64,000 nucleotides of DNA, taken from a virus. A program made the translations under genes and the position numbers. The notes beneath the pieces are model-generated. The model was given only the letters and a program-made list of their open reading frames with translations, was not told the origin of the DNA and ran no database searches. The stretch spans positions 98,436 to 162,435 of IMG/VR virus record IMGVR_UViG_3300036790_000425; one strand, written 5' to 3'. Positions 44,615 through 54,539 of this stretch are shown here, piece by piece (position 1 is the stretch's first letter; every line of letters starts with the position of its first letter).

Positions 44615-44980
44615 ATGGGCAGCACCCGCTTCACGTTCCGGATGACGCTGGCCGCCTTCGAGTCCCTGGATCCGGCCGCCGGCCGCGCCCTGGTCGGCCA
44701 GCAGGTTCCGGTCCGCTGGGGCGATGCCGAGGCCGGCGCGCTGATCGAGGAGGCCCAGGCCGACGGCAGCGGCGATGTCGTCATCACGATGCTGATCGAC
44801 GAGGAGATGCCCGGCCCGGACGAGATGATCGTGCCGTGCTGCGCCGAGGGAGCCTGCTGCTGCCTGGCCGGCCCGACCGGTGAGCCGTGCGGCTGCACGC
44901 ACCTCAGCCGAGAACTGTCCGGAGTGCCTGCTGCCGCCGCTGGTCGGCCCGGCGCCGGTCAGCATCCCGGTACTCCCTGA
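44615..44980 (+). CDS. Hypothetical protein with Cys cluster
   Basis: 121 aa, GC3-biased codons. Confidence 0.5.
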   Translation: MGSTRFTFRMTLAAFESLDPAAGRALVGQQVPVRWGDAEAGALIEEAQADGSGDVVITMLIDEEMPGPDEMIVPCCAEGACCCLAGPTGEPCGCTHLSRELSGVPAAAAGRPGAGQHPGTP

Positions 44981-45260
44981 TCTGCTGCACGCCCAGCCGG
45001 GTCTCGGACCGCACCTGGTCCTCTCGTAGCGGCCAGCGCGGGACGAACTCGCGAGCCGCCCGCAGGCAGCCGCCGCCCATCGTCTGATAGGCCCGCTCGA
45101 CCAGCAGGATGAGGATCTCGAAGTACTCCATGTCCGCGGTCCCGGTCACCTGGCGCAGCTCGACCCAGTAGCCGATGTCCAGGCCGTCACCGGGACGCTC
45201 ACCCGCCTCCAGCGCGACCCAGGTGCTTACCTGCTCGCGCATGTCGTGGGTGATCCCCAT
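44904..45260 (-). CDS. Hypothetical protein
   Basis: MGITHDMREQ..., GC3-biased codons. Confidence 0.55.
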   Translation of the reverse strand: MGITHDMREQVSTWVALEAGERPGDGLDIGYWVELRQVTGTADMEYFEILILLVERAYQTMGGGCLRAAREFVPRWPLREDQVRSETRLGVQQIREYRDADRRRADQRRQQALRTVLG

Positions 45261-45330
45261 GCTGCGCACCCTACGTCTCTCCTCCGGTCTTGTCCCGGTC
45301 CCTGCACATTGATGTCCTGCCGTCCGGTGA

Positions 45331-45645
45331 CTACGAGGACCGGCTCCCGGCCTGGTCCAGGCAGACCCGATCGACCTCGATCAGGCCGTCCGCCTCCCTG
45401 GCCAGCAGCGCGTCCATGAAGCCGATCACGAACGGGGTGATGGACATGATCAGCACCACCTGGCCGCGCAGGCCGTTCAGGTGCCGGGTCTCCCAGATCC
45501 AGGGCGCCTGCCTGCTGTCCAGGCCGTGCCGGGCGCAGTAGATGTCCAGCTCCCGCCACGTCGGGCAGGCGATGTGAGGAGCCGTCCTGATGGACAGCTC
45601 CCCCTGGCCCCCCAGTGGTCCGCTGCTCAACGGGCCTCCCGGCAC
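45331..45645 (-). CDS. Hypothetical protein
   Basis: Plausible codon usage; start uncertain. Confidence 0.45.
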   Translation of the reverse strand: MPGGPLSSGPLGGQGELSIRTAPHIACPTWRELDIYCARHGLDSRQAPWIWETRHLNGLRGQVVLIMSITPFVIGFMDALLAREADGLIEVDRVCLDQAGSRSS

Positions 45646-45808
45646 GACGGGCTCACCCCGTGATCGTCATCTTCTGGTCGGCTGCGGAGGGCATACCCGC
45701 CAAATTACCCAACAGTAACCAATAGGGCTACATCACCCGATGGCTAAAGGCCGGCTGACTGCCCCCGCACGGTCTTGCCCCGGACCCGGGAGTCTACCGA
45801 ACAGTCAG

Positions 45809-46078
45809 TCAGCGGCGGCGATGATCCATGCTCTCGGTATGCTCCCCGCTGCGCAGGGCCGCCCGGTACTGCCGCTCCAGCGGCTCCGGGAGGGGCCGCG
45901 GGGCCAGCAGGAGGATGTCGTCCTCAGTGTGCCACCGGAAGTGCTCCAGGGCCTTCCAGTCGCGCTCAGAGACGCGCTCGTCCAGCCACCTCTCCCGGGC
46001 TCTCCGGTCGTGCACCCGGGCCAGCACGTAGAGGACGGCGCAGACGACCAGGATGACCGTCAGGAGGGTCCAGCGCAC
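45809..46078 (-). CDS. Small membrane-anchored protein
   Basis: N-terminal TM segment, GGAGG RBS. Confidence 0.6.
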   Translation of the reverse strand: MRWTLLTVILVVCAVLYVLARVHDRRARERWLDERVSERDWKALEHFRWHTEDDILLLAPRPLPEPLERQYRAALRSGEHTESMDHRRR

Positions 46079-46154
46079 CCCTCCAGGCTATACGGGGGAA
46101 GCCAGAGGGCCCGTCGCCGGTATGAGCGGCGGCGGGCCCTCCTGAGGGAGACGG

Positions 46155-47207
46155 CTACTTCAGGATCAGCGCCGTGGTGCCGCCGATCATCTTGCGGTTC
46201 ATCGAGGTGGACTGGATGAAGATCACGGTGCCGGGCTGGGTCGCCGGGGCGATCTTCACGTCGAACTCGGGCAGGCCCAGGAGCTGGCGGGCGGCCGGGC
46301 CGGTGTAGACCTTGCTGGTGCCCCGGGCCAGCACCATCACGTCCTTGTAGCTCTGGACGGTGACCGGCCTGGTGAGCTGGTAGAAGACCTTGCCCTTGCG
46401 GTACGGCCGGCCGGTGACCATCGCGGCGAACTCGCTGACCGGCATATCGCAGGGCACGTCAGCCAGGATGTAGGAGCTGGCCGGCAGCGGGTCCAGGACG
46501 GCGGCGGCGGCCTGCGGCGAGACCTGGGCGGCCTGGAACAGGTTCCGGGTGCCCCGGACGCCCGTGGCGGCCCGGGCCTCCATGAAGTCCGTGGTGGCAG
46601 TCCGGATGCGGTCGCCCATCTCCGCGAAGCCGCGCGAGGAGGTGGTGTTCCACTTCTCGATGTTCCCGGCCGGGAAGCCAGCCTGCTTGGCGTGAGAGAC
46701 GCCCATCGCGTTCGGGACCAGGGCAGCCACCGTCCAGTTGCCCGGCAGGCCCGCGATGCGGCTGGCCAGCTGGTGCGGGCGGGCGGCGGACTCGTTCTCG
46801 ATGCCGTCGGTGATGACGAACACCAGGATGGAGTGCTCGCCGTAGCGCTCGGAGGTGTCCTCGGACACCTCGCTGATGACCTGGAGCGCGGAGTCGATGA
46901 GCGGAGTGCGGGCGGCCGGGTGGAACATGCTCTTGATCGAGGGCCGCCGGAGCACGTCCATGTCGCAGACCAGGCAGCGGGTGCCGGTCGCGGAGTTGAA
47001 CAGGTAGATGGTGATCCGGGTCTCCTGCTCCAGCCGCTGGGAGCTGGCGATCAGGTCCTCGATCAGGGCGTCTACGACCCTGGGGACGGACTCTGCGTGA
47101 TCCCACATCGAGCTGGTCTCGTCGATGTCGAGCACGATGTGATTAATGCGGTTGGCGGGGCGGGTCTGGGTGTGCTGCACGTCTGCCTCCGGGTAGCTGT
47201 TTGGCAA
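46155..47207 (-). CDS. von Willebrand factor A domain protein
   Basis: MIDAS motif 'DETSSM', 'TPLID', 'VITDGIENES'; hairpin terminator at 46105-46141. Confidence 0.85.
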   Translation of the reverse strand: MPNSYPEADVQHTQTRPANRINHIVLDIDETSSMWDHAESVPRVVDALIEDLIASSQRLEQETRITIYLFNSATGTRCLVCDMDVLRRPSIKSMFHPAARTPLIDSALQVISEVSEDTSERYGEHSILVFVITDGIENESAARPHQLASRIAGLPGNWTVAALVPNAMGVSHAKQAGFPAGNIEKWNTTSSRGFAEMGDRIRTATTDFMEARAATGVRGTRNLFQAAQVSPQAAAAVLDPLPASSYILADVPCDMPVSEFAAMVTGRPYRKGKVFYQLTRPVTVQSYKDVMVLARGTSKVYTGPAARQLLGLPEFDVKIAPATQPGTVIFIQSTSMNRKMIGGTTALILK

Positions 47208-47533
47208 GCTACCTTGTATTCTACCGAGAGGGTCTGACAGTTCAGCCCCGGTGCGCCGGTCCCCTGCGCTCGAAGTCGCGGGCCTCGGAGGCCAGGTACT
47301 CGCTGGTCCGGGCGAGGCCTGTTTCCCAGCGCACCCAGAACCGCGTCAGCCGGCCCAGGTGCGGGGTGCGCTCGGTCCTGACGATCGTGCCGGCATTAGG
47401 TCCCAGGCGCACCCTGATCCGGACGCCGATCTCGGACCGCTTCACGGGCTGAAGATAGCAGAGTGACGGCCGTCCCTGGTTAGCAAGGAAACTGTGTAAT
47501 CTAAAGGCCGAAGATCTACGAGGAGGAGCCTGC

Positions 47534-47836
47534 ATGGGCTACGACGGCAAGTACGGACTAATTACCACCCAGTACGGCGATATCCCCCCTGATGAGCCGG
47601 TAATCGTGTTCCGGGGCCGGGATGCGCTGGTGCCGAAGCTGCTGCGGCTCTACGCAGGCCTGTGCGAGCAGGCAGGTTCCCCGCAGCGGCACATCGAGCT
47701 GGTCGAGGGAACCGGCGGCGAGATGCTGGGGTGGCAGGCACGCAACCCGGACCAGGTCCGGAAGCCGGACAGCGAGCGGTCGCGCAAGTGGCTGGGCGAG
47801 GCAGGCCGGGTCGGCGCCGACGGTCAGGTCCGCTAG
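47534..47836 (+). CDS. Hypothetical phage protein
   Basis: AGGAGGA RBS; 'IPPDEPVIVFRGRDAL' motif recurs in phage proteins. Confidence 0.75.
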   Translation: MGYDGKYGLITTQYGDIPPDEPVIVFRGRDALVPKLLRLYAGLCEQAGSPQRHIELVEGTGGEMLGWQARNPDQVRKPDSERSRKWLGEAGRVGADGQVR

Positions 47837-47898
47837 ATAGCAGGGAGCCCCGCCGCTATCCCCGGATGCGGCAGGGCTCCCTGTGCGACTGTGAGCCG

Positions 47899-48594
47899 CT
47901 AGTCCTTCTGGGGCGAGTCCCCGTCCCCGGAGTCCCCGTCGCCAGACTCATCCGCGTCCCGGGCTCGCTCGCCCTCGGCCTGCGCCGCCGCCTCGGCCTC
48001 CGGGTCCCGGTCAGCCGGGTGCACCCAGCCGGCGCCCTCGTCACCCTGGACATGGCTGACCTGGCTGCCGTCACCCTCCAGGAGCTGGACGGTAGCACCG
48101 ATCTCCTCGCACTGGGCCAGGAAGTTGACGCGGTCGGCATAGCCCACCGTCACCAGCCAGGTGGTCCCGTTCGGGCCCTCGCGGGACTCCAGCCAGCTGG
48201 CGTAGGGCGTGGCCCCGGTCAGGTCCGCGGAGGCATCTGCGTTCTCGCCCGGGGAGGTAACCAGCAGCCGGTGGCTGGCAGCGCGCTCAGCCACCGGGGG
48301 CCAGGCTGCCATCGGGGCCTCCCCGGTAATCGCAGCCGAGCCCGGCAGGCCCTCCAGCGGCGCGGCCTGCCCCGGCTCGCCCTCGGCCCCGTCGGGGTAC
48401 CGGGGGCCGGTGACAGCCTCGCCCTCGCGCTCGCCCGCGGCCCGCCGGGAGGGCCGGCCCTCCAGGTCACCCGCCGGGTCGGTGTCCTCCCCGGCCGGGT
48501 GGACCGACATCGAGCCGCTGACCTCGTACTCGCGCTCGCGCTCGGTGTCAGCGCGGCGCTGAGCTGCACCCTTGCCGTTCTTCTTCGCCGTCAT
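47899..48594 (-). CDS. Acidic low-complexity hypothetical protein
   Basis: 231 aa ORF; convergent hairpin at 47841-47883. Confidence 0.6.
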   Translation of the reverse strand: MTAKKNGKGAAQRRADTEREREYEVSGSMSVHPAGEDTDPAGDLEGRPSRRAAGEREGEAVTGPRYPDGAEGEPGQAAPLEGLPGSAAITGEAPMAAWPPVAERAASHRLLVTSPGENADASADLTGATPYASWLESREGPNGTTWLVTVGYADRVNFLAQCEEIGATVQLLEGDGSQVSHVQGDEGAGWVHPADRDPEAEAAAQAEGERARDADESGDGDSGDGDSPQKD

Positions 48595-48719
48595 GTCTGG
48601 CCTTCCGTCGGTGACCTGGGTCCAGGGTCCTCGCTACCCCTTCCGGGGGCACCGGAACACGCAGAGGCCCGCTCCGCGGGGGCGGGAGCGGGCCTCTGGG
48701 TCTGTGCCGGGAGCGATGC

Positions 48720-49430
48720 CTACCGGGCGCCCAGGCTTACCGGGCCGCAGAAGTCGGCCGTCCAGGTCTGCGCGTCAGCCAGGTTGCCCAGCCCGCCCTG
48801 CTGCTGGGCGCCCTCGGCGTACAGGCGCCAGCGGCCCTTATTCGGGCCCGAGGTGTACTTGTTGTCCGCGATGGTCAGCAGCGTCGGGGCCAGCGGGTTG
48901 GCGGAGGCACCGTTGATCATGGCGCCGCTGCCGTCGATGATCCACAGCGCGTGCGGGTCCAGCGGGTTGCCCTCCAGGTGGATGCCGTGATTCGGCACCC
49001 AGGTCACGTAGAGCGGGTAGACGTGGCCCAGCGGGGCGAAGGCGTCCGTCAGCACGAAGTCGAACTTGTACTTGCCGACCATCGCGGCCGACAGCACGCC
49101 CGGGTTGTCCAGGCTGAACTGGTACACCGACTCGTACGGCTGGCCGGCCAGGCCCAGGTTCTGGTTGACCTCGTCCTCGTTGGCGTAGTTGACCGAGTAG
49201 GTCCGGCCGTCCGCCAGGCTGCCCGGGACGTGGCTGCCGAAGACGTTGACGGCACGGGTGCCGTCGCCCAGGGCGAAGTTCTGGAGCGACAGCGCCGCGC
49301 GGCCGTTGACCGCGCAGTTCTGCGTGGTCACCGCCGGGCGGACGCTGGCGCTCGCGGCGGCAGCTGGCAGCGCCAGCGTGCACACGGCGGCAGCGGCGGT
49401 GACCGCTGCGAGGATGCGGGTTCTGCGCAT
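48720..49430 (-). CDS. Secreted protein
   Basis: Signal peptide MRRTRILAAVTAAAAVCTLALPAAAASA; AGGAG RBS. Confidence 0.75.
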   Translation of the reverse strand: MRRTRILAAVTAAAAVCTLALPAAAASASVRPAVTTQNCAVNGRAALSLQNFALGDGTRAVNVFGSHVPGSLADGRTYSVNYANEDEVNQNLGLAGQPYESVYQFSLDNPGVLSAAMVGKYKFDFVLTDAFAPLGHVYPLYVTWVPNHGIHLEGNPLDPHALWIIDGSGAMINGASANPLAPTLLTIADNKYTSGPNKGRWRLYAEGAQQQGGLGNLADAQTWTADFCGPVSLGAR

Positions 49431-49619
49431 GCTGGTGTGGCTCCTTCTCAGGATGATCTGGTGCCCCGGCCGCCTCAGGGCCCCCGGCGGGTCAAGACTG
49501 CGCAGCCGAATGGCCGCTAACCCTTCCCGGCTCCGGGAGGGTAAGGGGGCATCGTAGCGGGACGGGAGGGTCCGGGGGAGGTCAATGAGGGAGGAGCGGT
49601 CTCCTATGCATTCGCGGGA

Positions 49620-49979
49620 CTAGGCCTCCGGGCGGAGCACGACCTCCGAATGCCGCGCTCCCACGGTCTCTCCGCTGAAGTCGCTGCCGTCCCGCAGCTC
49701 GTAGCTCACGGAGTAGGAGACGATCTTGTTCTCCCAGCCCTCCCCGGACCTCAGGTGGCCTGAGCTGTAGCGCAGGTGCACGGCCCTGATGAGCGCAGGC
49801 CACATCCGGGTCTTGCCGAACAGCATCCTGGGGACCAGCACGACCGTGCCCTCCGGGTAGCGCGGCACGCCCCGGAACCGCTCCTCCAGCAGCTCCTCGC
49901 GAGCGGCCTCCAGCCGGGCGCTCAGGGCAGCGATCTCGGACATGAGTTCCTCGATGCGCCTGGTCTGTGATGTCGTCAT
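49620..49979 (-). CDS. Hypothetical protein (leaderless)
   Basis: TGcTATGAT lies 6 nt before the ATG; N-terminal coiled coil. Confidence 0.7.
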   Translation of the reverse strand: MTTSQTRRIEELMSEIAALSARLEAAREELLEERFRGVPRYPEGTVVLVPRMLFGKTRMWPALIRAVHLRYSSGHLRSGEGWENKIVSYSVSYELRDGSDFSGETVGARHSEVVLRPEA

Positions 49980-50084
49980 GAGAGCATCATAGCAAGAAAG
50001 GCTGTAATGCGAAAGGTTGCGGGAAGCAGTGGAACGGGGGCGTCTGCCCGCATCAGCAGCAGGTGAATGAATTGCTTTCGAAAT

Positions 50085-50125
50085 AATCGAACACCCGTCC
50101 AGGTTGCCCGGACGGGTGTTCGATT
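50085..50125. terminator. 16-bp hairpin, probable terminator
   Basis: AATCGAACACCCGTCC / GGACGGGTGTTCGATT. Confidence 0.6.
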
Positions 50126-50155
50126 TGAGCCCCTGACCTGTGTTAACTACTGATC

Positions 50156-50377
50156 TTATCCCGGGCTTTCACGCCATGTCGGGTCACAGAACCTCCTCGC
50201 GACCGGGGTGCTGCACCAGGTGCAGGTGCTCTCCCGGTTGCCGCGATTCCAGTCCTCAGCCTCCGGCCGGTGCCACCCGGTCGGGCCGGAGCACCTCTCG
50301 GACGGCTCGGCGCTCGGCGGGGGGTACGGGGGCCGCTCCTGCGCCAGTCGGTCGGCCTGATCGACGGTGAGGATCAT
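50156..50377 (-). CDS. Small hypothetical protein
   Basis: 73 aa, ATGA overlap with the upstream nuclease gene. Confidence 0.45.
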   Translation of the reverse strand: MILTVDQADRLAQERPPYPPPSAEPSERCSGPTGWHRPEAEDWNRGNRESTCTWCSTPVARRFCDPTWRESPG

Positions 50378-51618
50378 GGCCGCGCGGCCTTATATGCCAG
50401 GTCCTCCAGGTAGGCGACCGCCTGGGTACCCTGGGCTAGCACCCGCAGCACGTCCAGGTGCTCGCGGCGGAGCACCGCGAGCGTCCGCCCGGCCGCACGC
50501 CAGGAGGCATACCGGCCGCGATCGTCCTCGTCCTCGTAGCCCTTGACCTCGACCCAGAGCTGCGGGCCGGTCAGGTAGAAGTCGGGGCAGTACCAGCCGT
50601 CACCGCTGACCTGGACGGCCATCTCCCGGTCGGCGCGCTCGACCGGGATCTTCCACATCCGCAGCAGGCCCCAGATCAGGGCCTCCCAGGGCGAGTCGAG
50701 CACGATGGCGTCATCGACCACGATGTGCTGCTTGGTCCGGTTGTGCTTAGCCGAGCACTCGTTCGAGCAGTACTTCTTGGCCGAGGCGTAGCTCCTGGGC
50801 ACTGTCATCACCTTGCCGCAGGCTGGCCTGGCACAGATGAAGGTGATCTGGTTATCCGGATCGGCCTGGCGCTTCACCCCGTACTCCCTGCGGTGCTCGG
50901 GCGAACAGTAGGCACGGCCGGGGTGGCCGGTCTTCTTGCCGCACGTGCACCAGACATCCGGCTTTTCGTCGTCCGGGTAAGGCAGTGCCCCGGCCTCGTC
51001 CAAGGCCATCCGAACCTGGTAGAAGTCCAGGCGAGACCCGCTCTCGCGCGATGCCGCGATGATCGCCGCGATGCCCTCGCCTGCTCGGTACCTGCGGACC
51101 GCCTCGACCGAGGCCTCCTGCTGGCGCTTACGGATGCCCCCCTGGCCCCAGACGCCGTCCTGCTTGGCCCAGTACTCCACGGTGCGCTCGGACAGTTCGA
51201 GGGACTTAGACACAGCGGGCCCGGTCTCGCCGTCCAGGTAACGCCTGATGGCCTGCTTGCGCATTGGGTGATCCTCGACCCGAGCCGGGACGCGCATGTC
51301 TCCGTCGTACCTCGGTGTGCGGCCGGATTCCCTGAGCCACTCGCCCGCTGTGCTGGAGTGGATGTCTCCGACCTCATCGACGATCTGACCGACCGTGCTG
51401 CCGCCGTCATGCAACTCCAGCACCCGGGTCAGGTACTGCGGCTTCTTGCCGATCTTCTTGCCGCCGGGGATCTTCACCCTGGCCCCGCCTGCCTTTACGA
51501 GACGGCCGGCGGTCTGCGTGGACACCTGGAACTCTGCGGCGATATCAGCGCGCGAGGCGCCCGCTCGCGCCATCGCTGCGGCCCTGGGCGTGCGGGGGTC
51601 CTGGGTATAGTCCGTCAT
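50374..51618 (-). CDS. HTH-repeat/zinc-finger PD-(D/E)XK endonuclease (homing-type)
   Basis: Several HTH repeats, CxxC/YCS zinc motifs, 'SPWEA...YCPDFYL...WVEVKG'. Confidence 0.8.
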   Translation of the reverse strand: MTDYTQDPRTPRAAAMARAGASRADIAAEFQVSTQTAGRLVKAGGARVKIPGGKKIGKKPQYLTRVLELHDGGSTVGQIVDEVGDIHSSTAGEWLRESGRTPRYDGDMRVPARVEDHPMRKQAIRRYLDGETGPAVSKSLELSERTVEYWAKQDGVWGQGGIRKRQQEASVEAVRRYRAGEGIAAIIAASRESGSRLDFYQVRMALDEAGALPYPDDEKPDVWCTCGKKTGHPGRAYCSPEHRREYGVKRQADPDNQITFICARPACGKVMTVPRSYASAKKYCSNECSAKHNRTKQHIVVDDAIVLDSPWEALIWGLLRMWKIPVERADREMAVQVSGDGWYCPDFYLTGPQLWVEVKGYEDEDDRGRYASWRAAGRTLAVLRREHLDVLRVLAQGTQAVAYLEDLAYKAARP

Positions 51619-51734
51619 GGAAGCTCCTTGCCTGGGTGACGTGAGATATCACCACGGTAAGGGGCTTCCTTACTATTTGCAAATCGTAGTCAGAGCACTT
51701 ATGGAAGGGCTGGGTTTTCTGCGACATGAGAAAG

Positions 51735-51770
51735 TCGAACACGCCCCCGCCGAAGCGAGAGCGTGTTCGA
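51735..51770 (-). terminator. Terminator after the major capsid gene
   Basis: TCGAACACGC/GCGTGTTCGA stem followed by CTTTCT on the - strand. Confidence 0.6.
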
Positions 51771-51789
51771 AAACTGCTTCTGACCTGCG

Positions 51790-52818
51790 TTAACTCTTGG
51801 TGATACTTGCGAGTCCGCGCGGGTTCAGGATGTTCATGGCCACCATCTCGTCGAAGACCCATCCCTTCCAGAAGGCCTCGACGGTGTGGTTCTCCTCTAC
51901 GTCAAGTGAATAGAGGATGGGGAACACGCCCAGGAAGTTGGGCTCCGGGGCCAGGAAGATCTTCGCCTGCGGGACGATGATCGAGCGCTGGATCTGGAAC
52001 TCGCCGAAGCTGGTGATGGTCTCGCCCGCGACCACCCGGTCCTTGAAGGCCCAGCCGGTCTGGTTGATGTCCCACCGGAACATGTCCCGGTAGTCGAACG
52101 GGTTGATCAGGATGCGCGAGCTGGGCAGCTCGTGCAGGTCGGTCATGGCCACGGCCGAGTACAGCGAGCCGGGGGTCAGGTAGCCCGACGCCTCGGTGAT
52201 GTTGTGGTTCGGGGTGACCACGTGGTCGGGCCGCGTTGCGTAGTCGGTGATCGCCGCCTGGATCAGCACCAGCAGCCGGGCGTCCTCCTGCTTCAGGATC
52301 GCCTGCTTGGTCTCGTCCTGGGCCTGCTCGACCGCGTTGATCCGGAGGTAGAACAGGTCCTCCTTGCGGATCGCCGGGCGGCTCGCGATCCGGAAGAACC
52401 GGACCGGGATGCGCTTGCCCTCGAACGGGGTCACGCGGACCTCGCCCTCGGTGCCGCTCAGGATGTAGGCCTGGCCCAGGTCATCCCAGACGTCGTACTC
52501 GACCGGGGTGCCGGGCGTGACCGGGTCCTCGACCAGGACGTTCCGGACGATCCCCTGGTAGCGCAGCTTCAGCTGGATCGGCCCGACCATGCCGACGCCC
52601 AGCCGGCGGAAGCCGTGCATCTCATCGCTGAGGATGAGGGCCATCTTGCGGACCTTGGCCTCGCGCGTGAGCCCTACGCCGCCGGTCCTGGCCCGGCGGG
52701 CCTCGATCTGCGAGACGTAGTCGTCGCTCTTGCGGGAGGCCACTCGCGGACGCAGGCCGCCGCCTTGCGGCGCCAGCGCCAGCTGCCCGCCAGCCGAAAC
52801 GGTGGCCAGCTCGTTCAT
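51790..52818 (-). CDS. Major capsid protein (HK97 fold, Bxz1-like)
   Basis: 342 aa; 'GPIQLKLRYQGIVRNVL', 'AILKQEDARL', C-terminal 'GWVFDEMVAMNILNPRGLA'; GAAAGGAA RBS. Confidence 0.88.
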   Translation of the reverse strand: MNELATVSAGGQLALAPQGGGLRPRVASRKSDDYVSQIEARRARTGGVGLTREAKVRKMALILSDEMHGFRRLGVGMVGPIQLKLRYQGIVRNVLVEDPVTPGTPVEYDVWDDLGQAYILSGTEGEVRVTPFEGKRIPVRFFRIASRPAIRKEDLFYLRINAVEQAQDETKQAILKQEDARLLVLIQAAITDYATRPDHVVTPNHNITEASGYLTPGSLYSAVAMTDLHELPSSRILINPFDYRDMFRWDINQTGWAFKDRVVAGETITSFGEFQIQRSIIVPQAKIFLAPEPNFLGVFPILYSLDVEENHTVEAFWKGWVFDEMVAMNILNPRGLASITKS

Positions 52819-52857
52819 CTGGGTTCCTTTCCTGCGTACCGCGTTTGGTGGTCGTGG

Positions 52858-53493
52858 CTAGTTCTTGAGGGACGCCGGGGAGGCGTTGTACCAGGCCGGG
52901 GACAGGCCGCCGATGGTGAGCTTGGTGGCGCTGTTCACCTTGAGCAGCCGGGCCACCGGCTGGCTGATGGCCGTGTCCGTGCCTCCGGACTGGGCATAAG
53001 GCACGAGCATCCCCTGGTTGGCGCCGGCCGTGGAGACCGCGACCAGGGCCGACCCCGAGCCATCCGACGGGTCCGTCCAGGTGGCGGTGGCGTCGAACGC
53101 GGGAGCCAGGATCTCGAACTCGCTGTCGGGGCCGAGCACCCACACCGCGAAGGCGTTGATGCCGGCGTAGAGCAGCTCGTCGATGCCGTCGCCGCCGACG
53201 TACAGCGCGCCCAGGCCGTAGATCGGCGGGCCCTCGTTGGCGGTGAAGTCTGACCCGGCGTTCCCCGAGTGGGCGGATCCGGTCATCGTCTTGGTGCCCA
53301 TCTGGGTCGAGTTGGCGCCGGCCAGGCTCACCAGGTCGCCACCCGTGCGGACGAAGCCCATGCCGGGCCAGATCGGGACGGCGCGGGTCCAGGCCGGGTC
53401 CAGGAAGCAGGGCTTCGGGGTGGCCTGGGTCCAGGCGTACAGCGGCCGGATCGTCCGCTTGACGTAGTCATTGGAAAGGTAAGTACGGATCAT
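52858..53493 (-). CDS. Capsid decoration/cement protein
   Basis: Start MIRTYLSNDY after GGAGGAG; immediately upstream of the major capsid gene. Confidence 0.7.
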   Translation of the reverse strand: MIRTYLSNDYVKRTIRPLYAWTQATPKPCFLDPAWTRAVPIWPGMGFVRTGGDLVSLAGANSTQMGTKTMTGSAHSGNAGSDFTANEGPPIYGLGALYVGGDGIDELLYAGINAFAVWVLGPDSEFEILAPAFDATATWTDPSDGSGSALVAVSTAGANQGMLVPYAQSGGTDTAISQPVARLLKVNSATKLTIGGLSPAWYNASPASLKN

Positions 53494-53636
53494 GGCCTTT
53501 AATCTCCTCCATTTTCGCTGGTCATAGCGCCGACCATGCATAGAGCGGCCGGATGATCCGTTTGAGATCCGCCGCGCGTAAAAAGGACTTTCCGTCCGCT
53601 GTATGCGTTTAGAACGCATCTGCTAGACTCGTCCTC

Positions 53637-54434
53637 ATGGATGAACCACGACTCTGCGCATGCGAGCCCGGCTGCCAGATTTTCCGCGGGCTCTGTCACT
53701 GCGGCTGCGGGACGAAGACCTCGATCGTCACTCACACCGTCAGGGCCCGCGGCCAGATCGCCGGTGAGCCCATGAGGTACATCCGCGGGCACGCCAGGGG
53801 CGCTCATCACGACCTCACCGAGATCAATGAGGAGCACCGCACCGCGCGGTGCTCCCGCTGCGGCGAGATCACCGTCAAGCGCGACGGCGACCGCTGGAAG
53901 TGCACGACCAGGCTCCAGGCCCGGCACCGGATCAGCAGCATTGACCCGGATGCGCGCACCGCGTGGTGCGGAGCCTGCGGTCAGGTCGTTGACATCGTGC
54001 GGCACAAGCGCGGCGGAGAGCGCCAGGGCAAGGACTGGCTGTGCGGCCCGGAGAGTCGCCGGCGCGCTCAGGAATACAAGGACGCCAACCGGGAGAGAAT
54101 CCGCGAGGGACATAAGACCTGGCGCGCTCAGAACCGCCGCCAGCTCCAGAATGCTCATCTGGTCCGGACCTACGGCATCACCATCCAGGACTACGAGCGC
54201 ATGCTCGTCCTCCAGGGCGGCCACTGCGCCCTGTGCCCGGCCACCCGGGGCAACGCCCGCAGCGAGCTGCTCTTTGTCGATCACGACAAGGAGACAGGCC
54301 TGATCCGGGACTGGCTGCTGTGCGGCAGCTGCAACATCGGGATCGGCTGCCTCGGCCACGATCCTGTGCGCCTGCGCCTGGCAGCTGACTACCTGGAGGA
54401 CGTGCAGCAGCGAGCCGTGCATGCGCTCGTATAG
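53637..54434 (+). CDS. Endonuclease VII-like HNH homing endonuclease
   Basis: CxCGCG N-terminus; 'YGIT..DYERML..QGGHCALC...LFVDHD...IR..LCGSCNIGIG'; TGcTAGACT -10 lies 7 nt before the ATG. Confidence 0.9.
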   Translation: MDEPRLCACEPGCQIFRGLCHCGCGTKTSIVTHTVRARGQIAGEPMRYIRGHARGAHHDLTEINEEHRTARCSRCGEITVKRDGDRWKCTTRLQARHRISSIDPDARTAWCGACGQVVDIVRHKRGGERQGKDWLCGPESRRRAQEYKDANRERIREGHKTWRAQNRRQLQNAHLVRTYGITIQDYERMLVLQGGHCALCPATRGNARSELLFVDHDKETGLIRDWLLCGSCNIGIGCLGHDPVRLRLAADYLEDVQQRAVHALV

Positions 54435-54539
54435 CGGGCTGCTCACTGGCTGCACCTCCTCTCGGGGCTCATCGGGGTCCTGCTACTCCTTCTGGGGCGG
54501 GGAGGCCGGAAAGCTGCATCGCAGTCGTCTTGTCTGGGG

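Noticed and set aside
46155-47207. vWA protein as a Ro60/TROVE partner of the Y-like RNAs
   Set aside because: The vWA domain is N-terminal and there is no preceding helical TROVE domain.
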